45,837 nucleotides of DNA from a candidate division WOR-3 bacterium (lineage in GTDB: Bacteria > Hydrothermota > Tepidihabitantia > Tepidihabitantales > Tepidihabitantaceae): positions 1-45,837 of the forward strand of contig JBDRUH010000009.1 of assembly GCA_039801225.1 (NCBI GenBank). Direction: 5' to 3'. The position numbers were made by a program, and so were the translations under genes. This document shows positions 8,812 through 17,944 of the stretch, in pieces; the first letter of the stretch is position 1; each line of letters starts with the position of its first letter. Under the pieces are notes generated by a model. That model was not told where the DNA came from and made no database searches. It worked only from the letters and a program-made list of their open reading frames with translations.

Positions 8812-8950
8812 TTAGAACGCAAGGTTGCTTCTCCTTTTAACGAGTTACAGAATTGGTAATGGGCAACTCTCTCGCCCTCCGTCGTTGCGACCCGAATCGG
8901 GGAAGCAATCTCCTGCCATTCGGAGTTAAGGCAGGCTGCGGGCGTTCTAA
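8812..8950 (+). ncRNA. candidate structured 5' leader RNA, family unrecognised
   Basis: Closing stem 8812-8820/8942-8950; 13-bp stem 8822-8834/8899-8911; hairpin 8912-8917/8930-8935. Confidence 0.4.
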
Positions 8951-8995
8951 CGAAAGGCGGTAGTATAAGTAGTTTTTAATATCTAAGGAGGAGGT

Positions 8996-11359
8996 ATGAA
9001 GGGCAAAATTTTGGGGTTGTTTCTCCTCATCCTGGGTTGCATCCTTACCGGTGTTACCGGCGCTCAGCATCTTGACACCATTATCTATTTCCCGGATACA
9101 ATGGGTTACTGCTACTACCCGAATGCCATTTTTGTTAACCCGCTCACCGAGCGGGTTTATGTCTCCAGCAATGGGATGCTGGTCTTTGACCCGGCAAACC
9201 GGACCAAAGACCGCTACTTTCGTGGCTCCTATACGGGTGGACTTTTCTGTTCCAAAGTTAACAAGATATATCTGTCAGGCGAGAAGGAACTGGTGGTTGT
9301 AGACGCCAACCAGGACCAGATATTGCGGCGCATCCCGGTTGAGTTTTCACCCGGGATAATGGCATTCAGCGGGATTAGTAATAAACTGTATGTCGGAGAA
9401 CAGGAGGGGAACCTACTATATGCTTTTGATGCGGTAACGGACACATTTGTTGCTATGGTGGAACTGGAGGATGTCCCAATCTGGTTGGAGTGGGACTCAA
9501 TTACCAATCGGGTGTTAATCGGTGAAGAAGATATGGTGGAGGCGCTGGATTGTGCCACCGATTCTATTGTCGGGACCTGTTCGCTTTATGGAATGGTTGA
9601 CTATGTCCTTAATCCTACAGCCCGAAAACTCTACGCCGCAAACTACTACGATACGGTTAAGGTGCTCAATGCCGACTCGCTGACGGTCATTAAAGAGGTC
9701 CAACTTACCCCGAATTTATACTCACTGGCTTACAATCCGGTTTTAAACCGGGTCTACTGCGGTTCTTTTTCCTATATTGGCGTCATTGACTGTGCCGATG
9801 ATACTATTCGGGCTATCATACCCTTAGAAAGTTCTGAGAATCTCGTCTCAAGCACGGTGAGCGGCAAGGTGTATGCTATTCAAGACTATCCTGATTATGC
9901 GGTGCAGGTGATCGACTCCAGCAACTCCGTGGTGGCAACGATAATCCTCCCGGCAACGCCAGAGGTGAGTGTATTTACACCCACTCGCAACGAACTTTAC
10001 TGCGGTCTGAGAACCGACCGGATAGCCATTGTTGACTGCTCCACCGATACGCTGAAAGGATATATGGAGTATCCCCAATATATCATCCGCGGTATGGTGT
10101 TCAACTCCATTGGCAACAAGTTATATCTTTTTTTCCCGGAGCGGGACACGGTGCTGGTTCTGGACCGGGAGTGCCGACCGGTTGCGGCGATTAACATTCC
10201 AATGGTAGAAATTAGGCTATTTCCCGTCCTCAATCCGGGTCTGAATCGGCTATATCTTGCCGACTCCGGGCGAATCTGGGTAATTGACTGCAATGCCGAT
10301 ACCCTGATAGGCGAACGAAGGCTGGAAGGTTTGCGTTATGCGTTTACCGCCCTACTTGTTCAACCGCTGGCAAAACTCTATGTCTGCCCGCGCTACTCGC
10401 CTTATCAGGTTTATGTTTATGATTGTCTGCGCGACACGGTAACGGGTTTTATTCCGGTTCAATCAACAGTAGGTAGTGCAGTTTATCACCCCTGGTCCAA
10501 CCGCATCTACCTTTCGGTATATACCGACTCCTCGCTCTGGATTATTGACCCAACCGGCGACACAGTGGTCCAGAAACTGATGGCGGGCAGAAGGTATCGC
10601 GGCAACCGGCTCTTTGCCCATCCTAACAACGGACGGGTCTATCACGCCATTAACACCGGCACCGAGCGGCTTTACACAATTGATGTTCGCTCCAATACGG
10701 TTACCGACTCGGTGGAAATCTCTGATGACGCCGACACCATCTTCTGGTATCCCGGGTCAAATAAACTATACCTGTGCGACCGCTCTTACTCCGGAAACAT
10801 CAAAGTGTTTGACTGTAACACCGGAACGGTGGTTCAAACCCTTGAACTACCCTGCGCCTATGCCGGGGCGCTGAACCAGGCTTCCGAGCGACTGCTCCTC
10901 GGTGACACCAACGGCATCGTCGTATTAGACTGCCGCTACGACCAGGTAGTTGACCGCCTGCCCGGTAGTTTCTCACCCCGATTCTCAGCGGTGGATATGA
11001 TTGACAACCGGATTTTCTTTGCTGCCCGCTCAAACTGGCTGGCGGTGTATCAGGATTATCTTGGTATAGCGGAAAAGGGAACCGGTCAAGGTCAATTTAG
11101 ATTCCAAATAACGAATAACCCGGTACGGGGAACTGCCCATTTTATCTGTCAGATTCCGGTGGGGAAGAAGGCAACATTTTCGCTCCATGATGTTTTGGGA
11201 CGGGTTGTGAGCAGGAAACAAATCTTAGGCACTGACCGGTTGATGCAAATCCAATGGGACGGCACCGACATCCAAGGCAGGCGTGTGGCCGCAGGCATCT
11301 ATTTCGCCAGCCTGAAGAGCGGAACTCAGCAGGCGATAGTGAAGGTGGTACTGGAATAA
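8996..11359 (+). CDS. secreted YncE/YVTN-type beta-propeller protein with FlgD-Ig/T9SS-like C-terminal domain
   Basis: Signal peptide; many NK(L/I)Y...VIDC-x-x-D(T/S) repeats; C-terminal NPVRG...DVLGRVV...WDGTDIQGRRVAAGIYF; SD AAGGAGGAGG. Confidence 0.8.
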   Translation: MKGKILGLFLLILGCILTGVTGAQHLDTIIYFPDTMGYCYYPNAIFVNPLTERVYVSSNGMLVFDPANRTKDRYFRGSYTGGLFCSKVNKIYLSGEKELVVVDANQDQILRRIPVEFSPGIMAFSGISNKLYVGEQEGNLLYAFDAVTDTFVAMVELEDVPIWLEWDSITNRVLIGEEDMVEALDCATDSIVGTCSLYGMVDYVLNPTARKLYAANYYDTVKVLNADSLTVIKEVQLTPNLYSLAYNPVLNRVYCGSFSYIGVIDCADDTIRAIIPLESSENLVSSTVSGKVYAIQDYPDYAVQVIDSSNSVVATIILPATPEVSVFTPTRNELYCGLRTDRIAIVDCSTDTLKGYMEYPQYIIRGMVFNSIGNKLYLFFPERDTVLVLDRECRPVAAINIPMVEIRLFPVLNPGLNRLYLADSGRIWVIDCNADTLIGERRLEGLRYAFTALLVQPLAKLYVCPRYSPYQVYVYDCLRDTVTGFIPVQSTVGSAVYHPWSNRIYLSVYTDSSLWIIDPTGDTVVQKLMAGRRYRGNRLFAHPNNGRVYHAINTGTERLYTIDVRSNTVTDSVEISDDADTIFWYPGSNKLYLCDRSYSGNIKVFDCNTGTVVQTLELPCAYAGALNQASERLLLGDTNGIVVLDCRYDQVVDRLPGSFSPRFSAVDMIDNRIFFAARSNWLAVYQDYLGIAEKGTGQGQFRFQITNNPVRGTAHFICQIPVGKKATFSLHDVLGRVVSRKQILGTDRLMQIQWDGTDIQGRRVAAGIYFASLKSGTQQAIVKVVLE

Positions 11360-11403
11360 TCGCAAAGCAAAATCAGCCCGCCGCCGTTGCCGGCGAGTGA
11401 CGG

Positions 11404-11431
11404 TTGACGCTGGGGATTAGCCGCTTATAAT
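11404..11431 (+). promoter_or_regulatory. promoter of rtcB (leaderless geometry)
   Basis: TTGACG 11404-11409, 16 nt, TATAAT 11426-11431; ATG 6 nt later; no SD. Confidence 0.7.
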
Positions 11432-11437
11432 TAACTT

Positions 11438-12895
11438 ATGGCAATGTGGAATGGACCTTTAGAGAAAATTGATGATGCCCGACTTCTTATCCCGAAGAGT
11501 TATAAGCCAGGGATGCGGGTTGATGGGATTATTTATGCCGATGCCAACCTGATTGAGGACATCAAGGCGGACCAGGCGCCCGAGCAGGTGGCGAATGTTG
11601 CCACCTTGCCAGGAATTGTCTACGCCTCTCTGGCGATGCCGGACATTCACTGGGGATATGGGTTTGCGATTGGTGGTGTTGCCGCATTTGATATAAATAA
11701 TGGGATAATATCTCCCGGTGGTGTTGGCTATGACATTAATTGTGGTGTTCGGCTTCTGCGCACCGCTTTGGAGCGAAAGGATTTAAATTTAGAACTCTTG
11801 GAAAAACTGGTGCAGGCGATATTTCATAATGTCCCTTCTGGTGTTGGTTCTAAGGGAAAAATCAGAATCTCCCGGGAGACCGTTGCTCAGGTTCTGACCC
11901 GGGGCGCCCGCTGGGCGGTTGAAGAGGGCTATGGCACCCCTGATGACCTAAAGTATACTGAGGAGCATGGCGAGATGGCGGGTGCTGACCTTGCCGGCGT
12001 TTCCCAAAGGGCGCTGGAAAGGGGGATGCCGCAATTGGGAACCTTAGGCGCCGGTAACCACTTTCTTGAGATTCAGGAGGTAGCCGAAATTTATGACCCG
12101 AAGGCGGCAGAAGAGTTGGGCATCCATCTCGGACAAATTACGGTGATGATTCATACCGGTTCCCGGGGGTTAGGTTATCAGATCTGCGATGATAATGTGA
12201 AAACGCTTGTTGCTGCAGCACGGAAATACGGGATTGAACTGGTTGACCGCCAACTCGCCTGTGCGCCGATTGATTCTCCTGAAGGGAAGCGTTATTTCGG
12301 CGCGATGGTCGCAGCCGCAAATTACGCCTGGGCGAACCGTCAGGCGATCACCCACTGGGTGCGCGAGGCATTTTCCCAGGTCTTAGGTTTGCCAATTGAA
12401 AGGCTGGGGATGACCCAGGTATACGATGTTGCCCACAACATCGCCAAGATTGAAGAGCATGAAATTGACGGAAAAAGGTTAAAGGTTTGCGTGCATAGGA
12501 AGGGTGCAACCCGGGCGTTCCCACCCAATCATCCGGCTTTACCAGCAAAATACCGCTCTTTGGGTCAACCGGTTCTCATCCCCGGTGATATGGGCACGAG
12601 TTCCTATCTTTTACTTGGTACCGAAGTTGCCGCCCGGCAGACCTTTGGTTCTGCCTGTCATGGTGCGGGCAGGGTCTGGTCAAGGACAAAAGCGCTTGAG
12701 GAAACAAAGCGCCGTGATGTTGCGGCAGAATTGCGGGCTAAAGGAATATTGGTTATGGCAGCAAGCCGGGAGGTTTTGAATGAAGAGGTGCCGGATGCCT
12801 ATAAGGATGTTGACCAGGTGGTGGAAGTGTGCCACAAGGCGGGGATTGCCCGTAAGGTGGCAAGGATGAAACCATTGGGGGTGGTTAAAGGATAA
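11438..12895 (+). CDS. rtcB: RNA-splicing/repair ligase RtcB (long, archaeal-like type)
   Basis: PDIHWGYGFAIGG, GYDINCGVR, GNHFLE, HTGSRG, HNIA, HRKGAT, HGAGR motifs. Confidence 0.95.
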   Translation: MAMWNGPLEKIDDARLLIPKSYKPGMRVDGIIYADANLIEDIKADQAPEQVANVATLPGIVYASLAMPDIHWGYGFAIGGVAAFDINNGIISPGGVGYDINCGVRLLRTALERKDLNLELLEKLVQAIFHNVPSGVGSKGKIRISRETVAQVLTRGARWAVEEGYGTPDDLKYTEEHGEMAGADLAGVSQRALERGMPQLGTLGAGNHFLEIQEVAEIYDPKAAEELGIHLGQITVMIHTGSRGLGYQICDDNVKTLVAAARKYGIELVDRQLACAPIDSPEGKRYFGAMVAAANYAWANRQAITHWVREAFSQVLGLPIERLGMTQVYDVAHNIAKIEEHEIDGKRLKVCVHRKGATRAFPPNHPALPAKYRSLGQPVLIPGDMGTSSYLLLGTEVAARQTFGSACHGAGRVWSRTKALEETKRRDVAAELRAKGILVMAASREVLNEEVPDAYKDVDQVVEVCHKAGIARKVARMKPLGVVKG

Positions 12896-12905
12896 TCGGT
12901 GAGCG

Positions 12906-14717
12906 TTGTGCGTGACCGTGAGACAGAAGACGGAAGTCGGATTTGCTAATAAGGTTCTTCAAGCACCGGAAGAACCCGGCGTCTATCTCCTGAAAGACCG
13001 TAGCGGCAGGGTAATCTACATCGGCAAGGCGCGCAGTCTGCGCGACCGGCTCCGTGCCTACCTGCAGCCTCAAACTCACCCCCGTTTGGTCGCGCTTTTA
13101 CGCCGGGTCCGGGACCTGGAGACAATTGTTACCCGTTCGGAGATTGAGGCGCTCCTTCTTGAAGAGAGCCTTATCAAGATAAAAAAGCCCCGTTACAATG
13201 TCCGACTCCGGGATGACAAAAAATACCCCTATCTGAAACTCACGGTCAATGAGCGTTATCCAAGAATATTTATCACCAGGAATATCAAACCAGATGGCTC
13301 GGTGCTCTTTGGACCTTATGCCAGTGCCAAGGAGTTGCGCCGGGCGCTTAAGGCGGTCAAGCGAATTTTTAAAATCCGCACCTGCAAATGGCAACTGCCC
13401 GAGGAGCGCCCTAAAACCCCTTGCCTGAACTTTCAGGTGAAAAGGTGTTTGGCGCCCTGCACCGGCAGGATAAAGGAGAGATATTATCGCCAGATGGTGA
13501 GGGATGTGATTGAGTTCCTCTCCGGGCGAAAAGAAAAACTGACTGAGGAACTGGAAAGGCGGATGTGGCAGGAGGCCGATGCCCAGCGCTACGAAGAGGC
13601 GGCAATTCTCCGCGACCAGTTGCTCGCCTTGCGGGAAATTGTCCGGAATCAACAGGTGGTAAGCCAGGACCGTGTCGCCCGCGATGTGGTCGGACTGGCA
13701 AAAGGCGAGAAAAACGCGGTAGCAACAATCTTCCGCATCCGGGAGGGCAAAGTTGTTGCCCGGGAGGAGTATCCTTTCACCACCGGTCCGGATGTGCCCG
13801 ACGAAGAGGTTTTAGAAGGGGTTTTGCGCTCGGTTTATACCCATACCGCCGACCTGCCGGCGGAGATTGTCCTGCCGGTGGCGATTGATGAAAGCGAACT
13901 GTTTGAGCGGTTATTCCTGGAGAAAAGGCAGAAAAAAATCAAGATTGTTGTAGGAGAACGGGGGGAGAAGCGAAACCTCTTAGAACTGGCTCAACGCAAT
14001 GCCGAGAAGGCGCTAGTGGAATTAACCCCAAAGGAGGAGCGTATCCCGCGCGCCAACCGGGAACTGGCAACAATCTTAAGGCTACCGGCGCCACCCCGGT
14101 TGATTGAAGGGGTTGACATCTCCAATACGCAGGGGGAGAGTCCGGTTGGCTCAATAGTAGTCTTCAAAGACGACCGTCCGCTAAAAAGTCAATACCGACT
14201 GTTCAAAATTAAAAGCGTCTGCGGACCGAACGACTTTGCGATGATTGAAGAGGTTCTTGCCCGCCGGGTACGGGGACTTTTAGAGAAAAACCTACCCCTC
14301 CCCGACCTGGTGCTGGTTGATGGCGGCAAAGGGCAACTGTCAAGCGCTATAAAGGCTTATCACCAGTTTGACCAGGAGATACCGATTCTCGGTCTGGCCA
14401 AGCGCACCGATACCCTGTTTTATATTGACGGTCGGGAGATATCAATCCCGGTGAACTCGCCGGCGCTAAAACTTCTCAAACGCATCCGCGACGAGTCGCA
14501 TCGCTTCGCCATAACCCTGCACCGGAAACTGCGGGCGAAAAGAGTTTTCTCGTCTGAATTAGACCGAATTCCCGGGCTGGGGAGGGTAAGAAAACAACGG
14601 CTGCTCCAGCACTTTGGCTCAGTGGCGAAACTGCGCGGTGCCGGGGTTTGTGACATCGCCCGGGTCAAAGGTATTGGCAGAAACCTGGCAGAGAAGATTT
14701 ACCAGCACCTACATTAA
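12906..14717 (+). CDS. uvrC: excinuclease ABC subunit C (start uncertain; GTG 12918 possible)
   Basis: GIY-YIG domain (PGVYL...IYIGKA), KPRYN, UvrB-binding YEEAAILRD, DISN, DGGKGQL, RDESHRFA, HhH tail. Confidence 0.96.
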   Translation: MCVTVRQKTEVGFANKVLQAPEEPGVYLLKDRSGRVIYIGKARSLRDRLRAYLQPQTHPRLVALLRRVRDLETIVTRSEIEALLLEESLIKIKKPRYNVRLRDDKKYPYLKLTVNERYPRIFITRNIKPDGSVLFGPYASAKELRRALKAVKRIFKIRTCKWQLPEERPKTPCLNFQVKRCLAPCTGRIKERYYRQMVRDVIEFLSGRKEKLTEELERRMWQEADAQRYEEAAILRDQLLALREIVRNQQVVSQDRVARDVVGLAKGEKNAVATIFRIREGKVVAREEYPFTTGPDVPDEEVLEGVLRSVYTHTADLPAEIVLPVAIDESELFERLFLEKRQKKIKIVVGERGEKRNLLELAQRNAEKALVELTPKEERIPRANRELATILRLPAPPRLIEGVDISNTQGESPVGSIVVFKDDRPLKSQYRLFKIKSVCGPNDFAMIEEVLARRVRGLLEKNLPLPDLVLVDGGKGQLSSAIKAYHQFDQEIPILGLAKRTDTLFYIDGREISIPVNSPALKLLKRIRDESHRFAITLHRKLRAKRVFSSELDRIPGLGRVRKQRLLQHFGSVAKLRGAGVCDIARVKGIGRNLAEKIYQHLH

Positions 14718-14765
14718 CACCCAGCCGACAGCTGACAGCGCCCATACCCCGCCTTCCGCCTTTCC

Positions 14766-14793
14766 TTGACTGGATTTTAATTACCGCTATTAT
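14766..14793 (+). promoter_or_regulatory. promoter of the gcv operon (leaderless geometry)
   Basis: TTGACT 14766-14771, 16 nt, TATTAT 14788-14793; ATG 8 nt later; no SD. Confidence 0.65.
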
Positions 14794-14801
14794 TTTGCCC
14801 T

Positions 14802-15914
14802 ATGATTAAAACCACACCCTTTTATCCGCGTCACATTGAAAGTGGCGGAAAGATGGTGGAGTTTGCTGGCTACTATCTTCCTCTGCAGTTTCGCGGGATT
14901 ATTCCCGAACACCACCGGGTGCGAACTACCGTTGGTATCTTTGATGTGTCTCATATGGGAAGAATTATAATATCGGGCAAAGATGCCCTATCCTTTGTTA
15001 ATTGGCTGACCACCAACGATGCTGCTAAACTGGCGGTGAATCAGGCACAGTACTCGGTGATGTGTTATCCGGATGGTGGAATTGTTGACGACCTGGTGGT
15101 ATATCGGCTTGCCGAATCGGAGTTTCTCTTGGTGGTAAATGGCGCCAACAACGATAAGGACACCGCCTGGTTAAAACAACATCTCAAAGAGGATGTTTCT
15201 TTAAAGAATGTTACGGAAAGTGTCGCCCAGATTGCCGTTCAAGGTCCAAAGGCAGAACCGGTGTTACAGAGAATCTGTTCTATTGACCTTTCGGGGCTCG
15301 GTTTCTACTGGGCAGCGCAAGGGAAGGTCGCCGGAGTTGATGTTCTGATTTCCCGAACTGGCTATACCGGTGAGGATGGATTTGAGGTTTATATTCCCGC
15401 CGAGGAGGCGCTCAAAGTATGGGATGAGGTGATGGCGGCAGGTAGAGATTTTGAAATTGAGCCTATCGGATTGGGCGCCCGGGATACCCTGCGGCTGGAG
15501 ATGAAATACTGCCTTTACGGTAATGACATTGACCAGACCACCAACCCGCTTGAGGCCGGTCTCGGTTTCGTCGTAAAGTTGGATAAGCCAGATGGTTTTA
15601 TTGGCGCCGAAGCGCTTAAGCGGACTCTTGAGGGAAAACCCCAACGCCGGCTGGTGTGTCTGGAGATGCTGGATAAGGGTATCCCGAGACCTAAATATGA
15701 GGTTGTGGTAGAAAGTGATGGCGAGGTAAAGAAGGTGGGAAGGGTTACCTCGGGCACACTTTCGCCTTCTCTGAACAAGGGGATTGCCCTCGCTTATGTC
15801 GCCCAACAGTTCAGTAAGGTTGGGGTTGAGGTGATGGTTGATGTGCGAGAAAGAAAACAAAGGGCGGTAGTTGTTCAACCGCCTTTTTACAAACATGGCT
15901 CAAGAAAGAAGTAA
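14802..15914 (+). CDS. gcvT: glycine cleavage system aminomethyltransferase T
   Basis: FDVSHMG, GGIVDDL, SRTGYTGEDGFE, GLGARDTLRLE. Confidence 0.97.
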   Translation: MIKTTPFYPRHIESGGKMVEFAGYYLPLQFRGIIPEHHRVRTTVGIFDVSHMGRIIISGKDALSFVNWLTTNDAAKLAVNQAQYSVMCYPDGGIVDDLVVYRLAESEFLLVVNGANNDKDTAWLKQHLKEDVSLKNVTESVAQIAVQGPKAEPVLQRICSIDLSGLGFYWAAQGKVAGVDVLISRTGYTGEDGFEVYIPAEEALKVWDEVMAAGRDFEIEPIGLGARDTLRLEMKYCLYGNDIDQTTNPLEAGLGFVVKLDKPDGFIGAEALKRTLEGKPQRRLVCLEMLDKGIPRPKYEVVVESDGEVKKVGRVTSGTLSPSLNKGIALAYVAQQFSKVGVEVMVDVRERKQRAVVVQPPFYKHGSRKK

Positions 15915-15923
15915 GGAGGAATA

Positions 15924-16346
15924 ATGACACTAATTCCAGCGGAGTTGAAATATACTAAGACCCACGAATGGGTAAGAATAGAAGGGGATATCGCCACAGT
16001 GGGAATTACTGACTTTGCCCAGAAGGAACTTTCTGATATCGTCTATGTAGAAATTACCACTTTGGGGAAGGTCGTCCAACAGGCGGAATCTATCGGGTTT
16101 ATTGAAGCGGTCAAGGCAACTTCCGATATCTATGCCCCGCTTTCAGGCGAGGTGATTGAGGCGAACCCCTTAGTAAACAAAGTGGAGGGCGAGGCGGTGG
16201 CAATTGTCAACCGCGACCCTTACGGCGAAGGCTGGTTGTGCCGAATTCGGCTGTCGGCTATCGGCTCTCGGCTGTCCACCGAAATGAGTAATCTCCTTGA
16301 CCATAACGCCTACGCCGAACTGGTAAAAAGGTCAGAACATCACTGA
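15924..16346 (+). CDS. gcvH: glycine cleavage system protein H
   Basis: YTKTHEW, VGITDFAQ, lipoyl-Lys motif EAVKATSDIYAP, DPYGEGW. Confidence 0.96.
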   Translation: MTLIPAELKYTKTHEWVRIEGDIATVGITDFAQKELSDIVYVEITTLGKVVQQAESIGFIEAVKATSDIYAPLSGEVIEANPLVNKVEGEAVAIVNRDPYGEGWLCRIRLSAIGSRLSTEMSNLLDHNAYAELVKRSEHH

Positions 16347-16349
16347 ATT

Positions 16350-17744
16350 ATGGGGTTTGTTCCGCATACTCAAGAAGATAAACTGCTCCTGTTAAAAAAG
16401 ATCGGGGTTAAAAATATTGAGGAACTTTTTGAAACCATCCCCAAAGAACTCCGCCTACCACCTACCGCTTTTAACTTGCCATCACCTCTTTCCGAGCCAG
16501 AGGTGCTCAACGAACTGGTAAAACTTTCCACTAACGGCCGACGGCCTCTTGTGCCGTTTGCCGGTGCTGGTGCCTATGACCATTATCGGCCGGCGGTGAT
16601 TGATGCGATTATCTCCCGACCAGAATTCTATACCGCCTATACACCTTATCAGGCTGAGGTGAGCCAGGGGACACTACAGGCGATTTATGAGTTTCAATCG
16701 CTTGTCTGTCGGCTGTTGGAGATGGAGGTTAGTAACGCCTCAATGTATGACTGTGCCTCTGCCCTGGCCGAAACGGTGCATATGGCAAGAGACATAACCA
16801 AGAGAGAGAAGGTGGTCATTGCTGAGACGGTCAACCCCTGGTATCGTGAGGTTGTCGCCACTTATGCCTATGGGTTGAAAGTCCCGCTAACCTATACAGG
16901 TTTAGGTCAAATCGGGAAAGCAGGGCTAAATCCTTGCCCCACAACCTCAGCCACTACCTATACCTCTCTCGTTGACGAGCAGACCGCAGCGGTTATAGTT
17001 CAACAGCCTAATTTCTTCGGTTATTTAGAACCAGTTTCCGAGATCGCCCAGATATGTCATCAGGCTGGGGCGCTTTTCGTGGTGGCGGTTGACCCTATTT
17101 CATTAGGGATAATTATGCCACCCGGGCGCTACGATGCGGACATTGCGGTAGCGGAGGGGCAGAGTTTGGGAATACCACTTTCGTTTGGCGGTCCTTATCT
17201 CGGTATTCTTACCGCCAAGAAAAAATATATCCGGCATATGCCGGGCAGGATTGCCGCCCGAACTGTTGATATTACTGGAAGGCAGGGCTATGTCCTGGCA
17301 CTTCAGACCCGGGAACAGCACATCCGTCGGGAACGCGCCACCTCCAATATCTGCACCAATCAGGCGCTCTGCGCCCTGGCCGCAACAGTTTATCTCGTCT
17401 GGATGGGAAAAGAGGGGATAAAAGAGGTGGCAAGGCAGTGTTTAGCCAAGAGCCATTACCTGGCTAAAGAAATCGCCCGCCTGCCCGGTTTTAAACCTTT
17501 TACTGAGCAGAAGTTTTTTAAGGAGTTTGTGGTGGAAACGCCAATTCCTGCCCGGGAGTTGATTGAGGCCGGAGTAAAAGAGGGTTTTCTCCCTGGGGTT
17601 GACCTGAGTGTCTTCAACCCGGAAGCGCGAAACTGGCTTCTGGTTGCGGTTACGGAAAAAAGGACCCGGGATGAACTGGATGCTTATGTAAATTTTCTAA
17701 GGAATTTTGCCGCTCATCAAGCCGGGAAAGGAGAGAAGCAATGA
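16350..17744 (+). CDS. gcvPA: glycine dehydrogenase (decarboxylating) subunit 1
   Basis: [41 protein letters not shown]. Confidence 0.96.
   Translation: MGFVPHTQEDKLLLLKKIGVKNIEELFETIPKELRLPPTAFNLPSPLSEPEVLNELVKLSTNGRRPLVPFAGAGAYDHYRPAVIDAIISRPEFYTAYTPYQAEVSQGTLQAIYEFQSLVCRLLEMEVSNASMYDCASALAETVHMARDITKREKVVIAETVNPWYREVVATYAYGLKVPLTYTGLGQIGKAGLNPCPTTSATTYTSLVDEQTAAVIVQQPNFFGYLEPVSEIAQICHQAGALFVVAVDPISLGIIMPPGRYDADIAVAEGQSLGIPLSFGGPYLGILTAKKKYIRHMPGRIAARTVDITGRQGYVLALQTREQHIRRERATSNICTNQALCALAATVYLVWMGKEGIKEVARQCLAKSHYLAKEIARLPGFKPFTEQKFFKEFVVETPIPARELIEAGVKEGFLPGVDLSVFNPEARNWLLVAVTEKRTRDELDAYVNFLRNFAAHQAGKGEKQ
16920..16942 (-). repeat. REP copy embedded in gcvPA
   Basis: Reverse complement GTGGGGCAAGGATTTAGCCCTGC matches 20/23 nt of GTAGGGCAAGGCTTTAGCCTTGC (115-137, 24779-24801). 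Confidence 0.75.
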
Positions 17745-17944
17745 AGATGGAATGTTCTATTGACAAAAACCGCTCAAGTTGCACCTGCACCTATGAGCCC
17801 TGCAGCCGGAAGGGGAAATGTTGTGAGTGCATTGCCTATCACCGCCGGAGTGGTGAACTACCGGGGTGTCTCTTTCCCCCTGAAGTTGAAAGAACCTACG
17901 ACCGTTCAATTGAGCGGTTTATTCTTAGTCAGAGGAAAATATGA
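17741..17944 (+). CDS. small Cys-rich protein (DUF6485-like)
   Basis: [21 protein letters not shown]...LPGCLF...TYDRS pattern; ATGA overlaps with gcvPA and gcvPB; family name recalled from memory. Confidence 0.8.
   Translation: MKMECSIDKNRSSCTCTYEPCSRKGKCCECIAYHRRSGELPGCLFPPEVERTYDRSIERFILSQRKI

Noticed and set aside
8996..11359. Diversity-generating retroelement target among the repeat proteins
   Set aside because: No reverse transcriptase, and no TR/VR pair differing at adenines was seen in the window
11438..12895. Intein or intron in rtcB
   Set aside because: Length and motif spacing are normal; no insertion seen
14718..14801. Glycine riboswitch upstream of gcvT
   Set aside because: Only 84 nt, taken up by heptamer repeats and a promoter abutting the ATG; no aptamer consensus
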